From the NCBI GenBank assembly GCA_038087875.1, contig JAXLNO010000073.1:806001-866520 (forward strand): a stretch of 60,520 nt of DNA, given 5' to 3'. The stretch comes from Malacoraja senta. Its lineage: Eukaryota. Made by a program: the position numbers and the translations under genes. The notes beneath the pieces are model-generated. The model saw only the letters and a list, made by a program, of their open reading frames with translations. It made no database searches and was not told the origin of the DNA. Below are positions 60,115 through 60,520 of this stretch, piece by piece; position 1 is the first letter of the stretch; every line of letters starts with the position of its first letter.

Positions 60115-60520
60115 AGTGTTCACTTCTGGGCACCGTGTTATAGGAAAGATATTGTCAAGCTGGAAATGGTTCAGAGAAGATTTACGAGGATGTTGCCAGG
60201 ACTAGAGGGTGTGAGCTACAGGGAGAGGTTGAGTAGGCTGCGTCTCTATTCCTTGGAGCGCAGGAGGATGAGGGGAGATCTTATAGAGGTGTATAAAATC
60301 ATGAGAGGAATAGATCGGGTAGACTGTACAGAGTCTCTTGCCCAGAGTAGGGGAATCGAGGACCAGAGGACATAGGTTCAAGGTGAGGAGGGAAAGATTT
60401 CAATAGGATACTGAACAGGTGGTAACTTTTTCACACAAAGGAACAGAGCCTGCCAGAGGAGGTAGTTGAGGCTGGGGACTATCTCAAAGTTTAAGAAAAC
60501 AGTTAGACAGGTACATGGAT
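60115..60520 (+). mobile_element. CR1 3' fragment running off the window end
   Basis: ORF 60094-60375; many indels after about 60320. Confidence 0.85.

Noticed and set aside
57878..60205. Long Ser/Leu/Pro- and Gly/Glu/Arg-rich ORFs (359, 415, 268 aa)
   Set aside because: Products of CT and CCCCT simple repeats; not extensin- or mucin-like genes.

Overview
Eukaryotic genomic DNA, most likely a cartilaginous fish (skate/ray-like). This is inferred from the repeat content: HER1-type CR1 LINEs paired with HE1-type tRNA-derived SINEs that share their 3' tail. Most of the window is nested, decayed retroelements: several CR1 subfamilies (one near-full-length copy with an SGNH-esterase ORF1 at 48.3-52.0 kb), Penelope-like GIY-YIG elements whose pseudo-LTRs carry minimal hammerhead ribozymes, Rex1/Babar pieces, one L2 and many SINEs. 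It also holds a 1046-bp TIR element with a 7-bp TSD, two tandem non-autonomous Helitrons and large GT, CT and CCCCT simple repeats. Nearly all listed ORFs are TE fragments, antisense shadows or microsatellite artefacts. The only host-gene signal is one candidate 85-nt minus-strand exon (58979-59063), so the window is probably a large intron or intergenic DNA. The most notable observations are: a 125-bp TSD-flanked retroposon carrying a 5'-truncated CPEB3-like HDV ribozyme; two Penelope copies inserted at the same site of a CR1 3' end; a telomeric-repeat insertion with a 14-bp target duplication; a circularly permuted duplication with a crossover inside a SINE; a twin-priming-like inverted Rex1 insertion; two local inverted duplications; and a motif-dense non-repeat island. 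Repeat boundaries were read by eye and are approximate unless a TSD or TIR is quoted.
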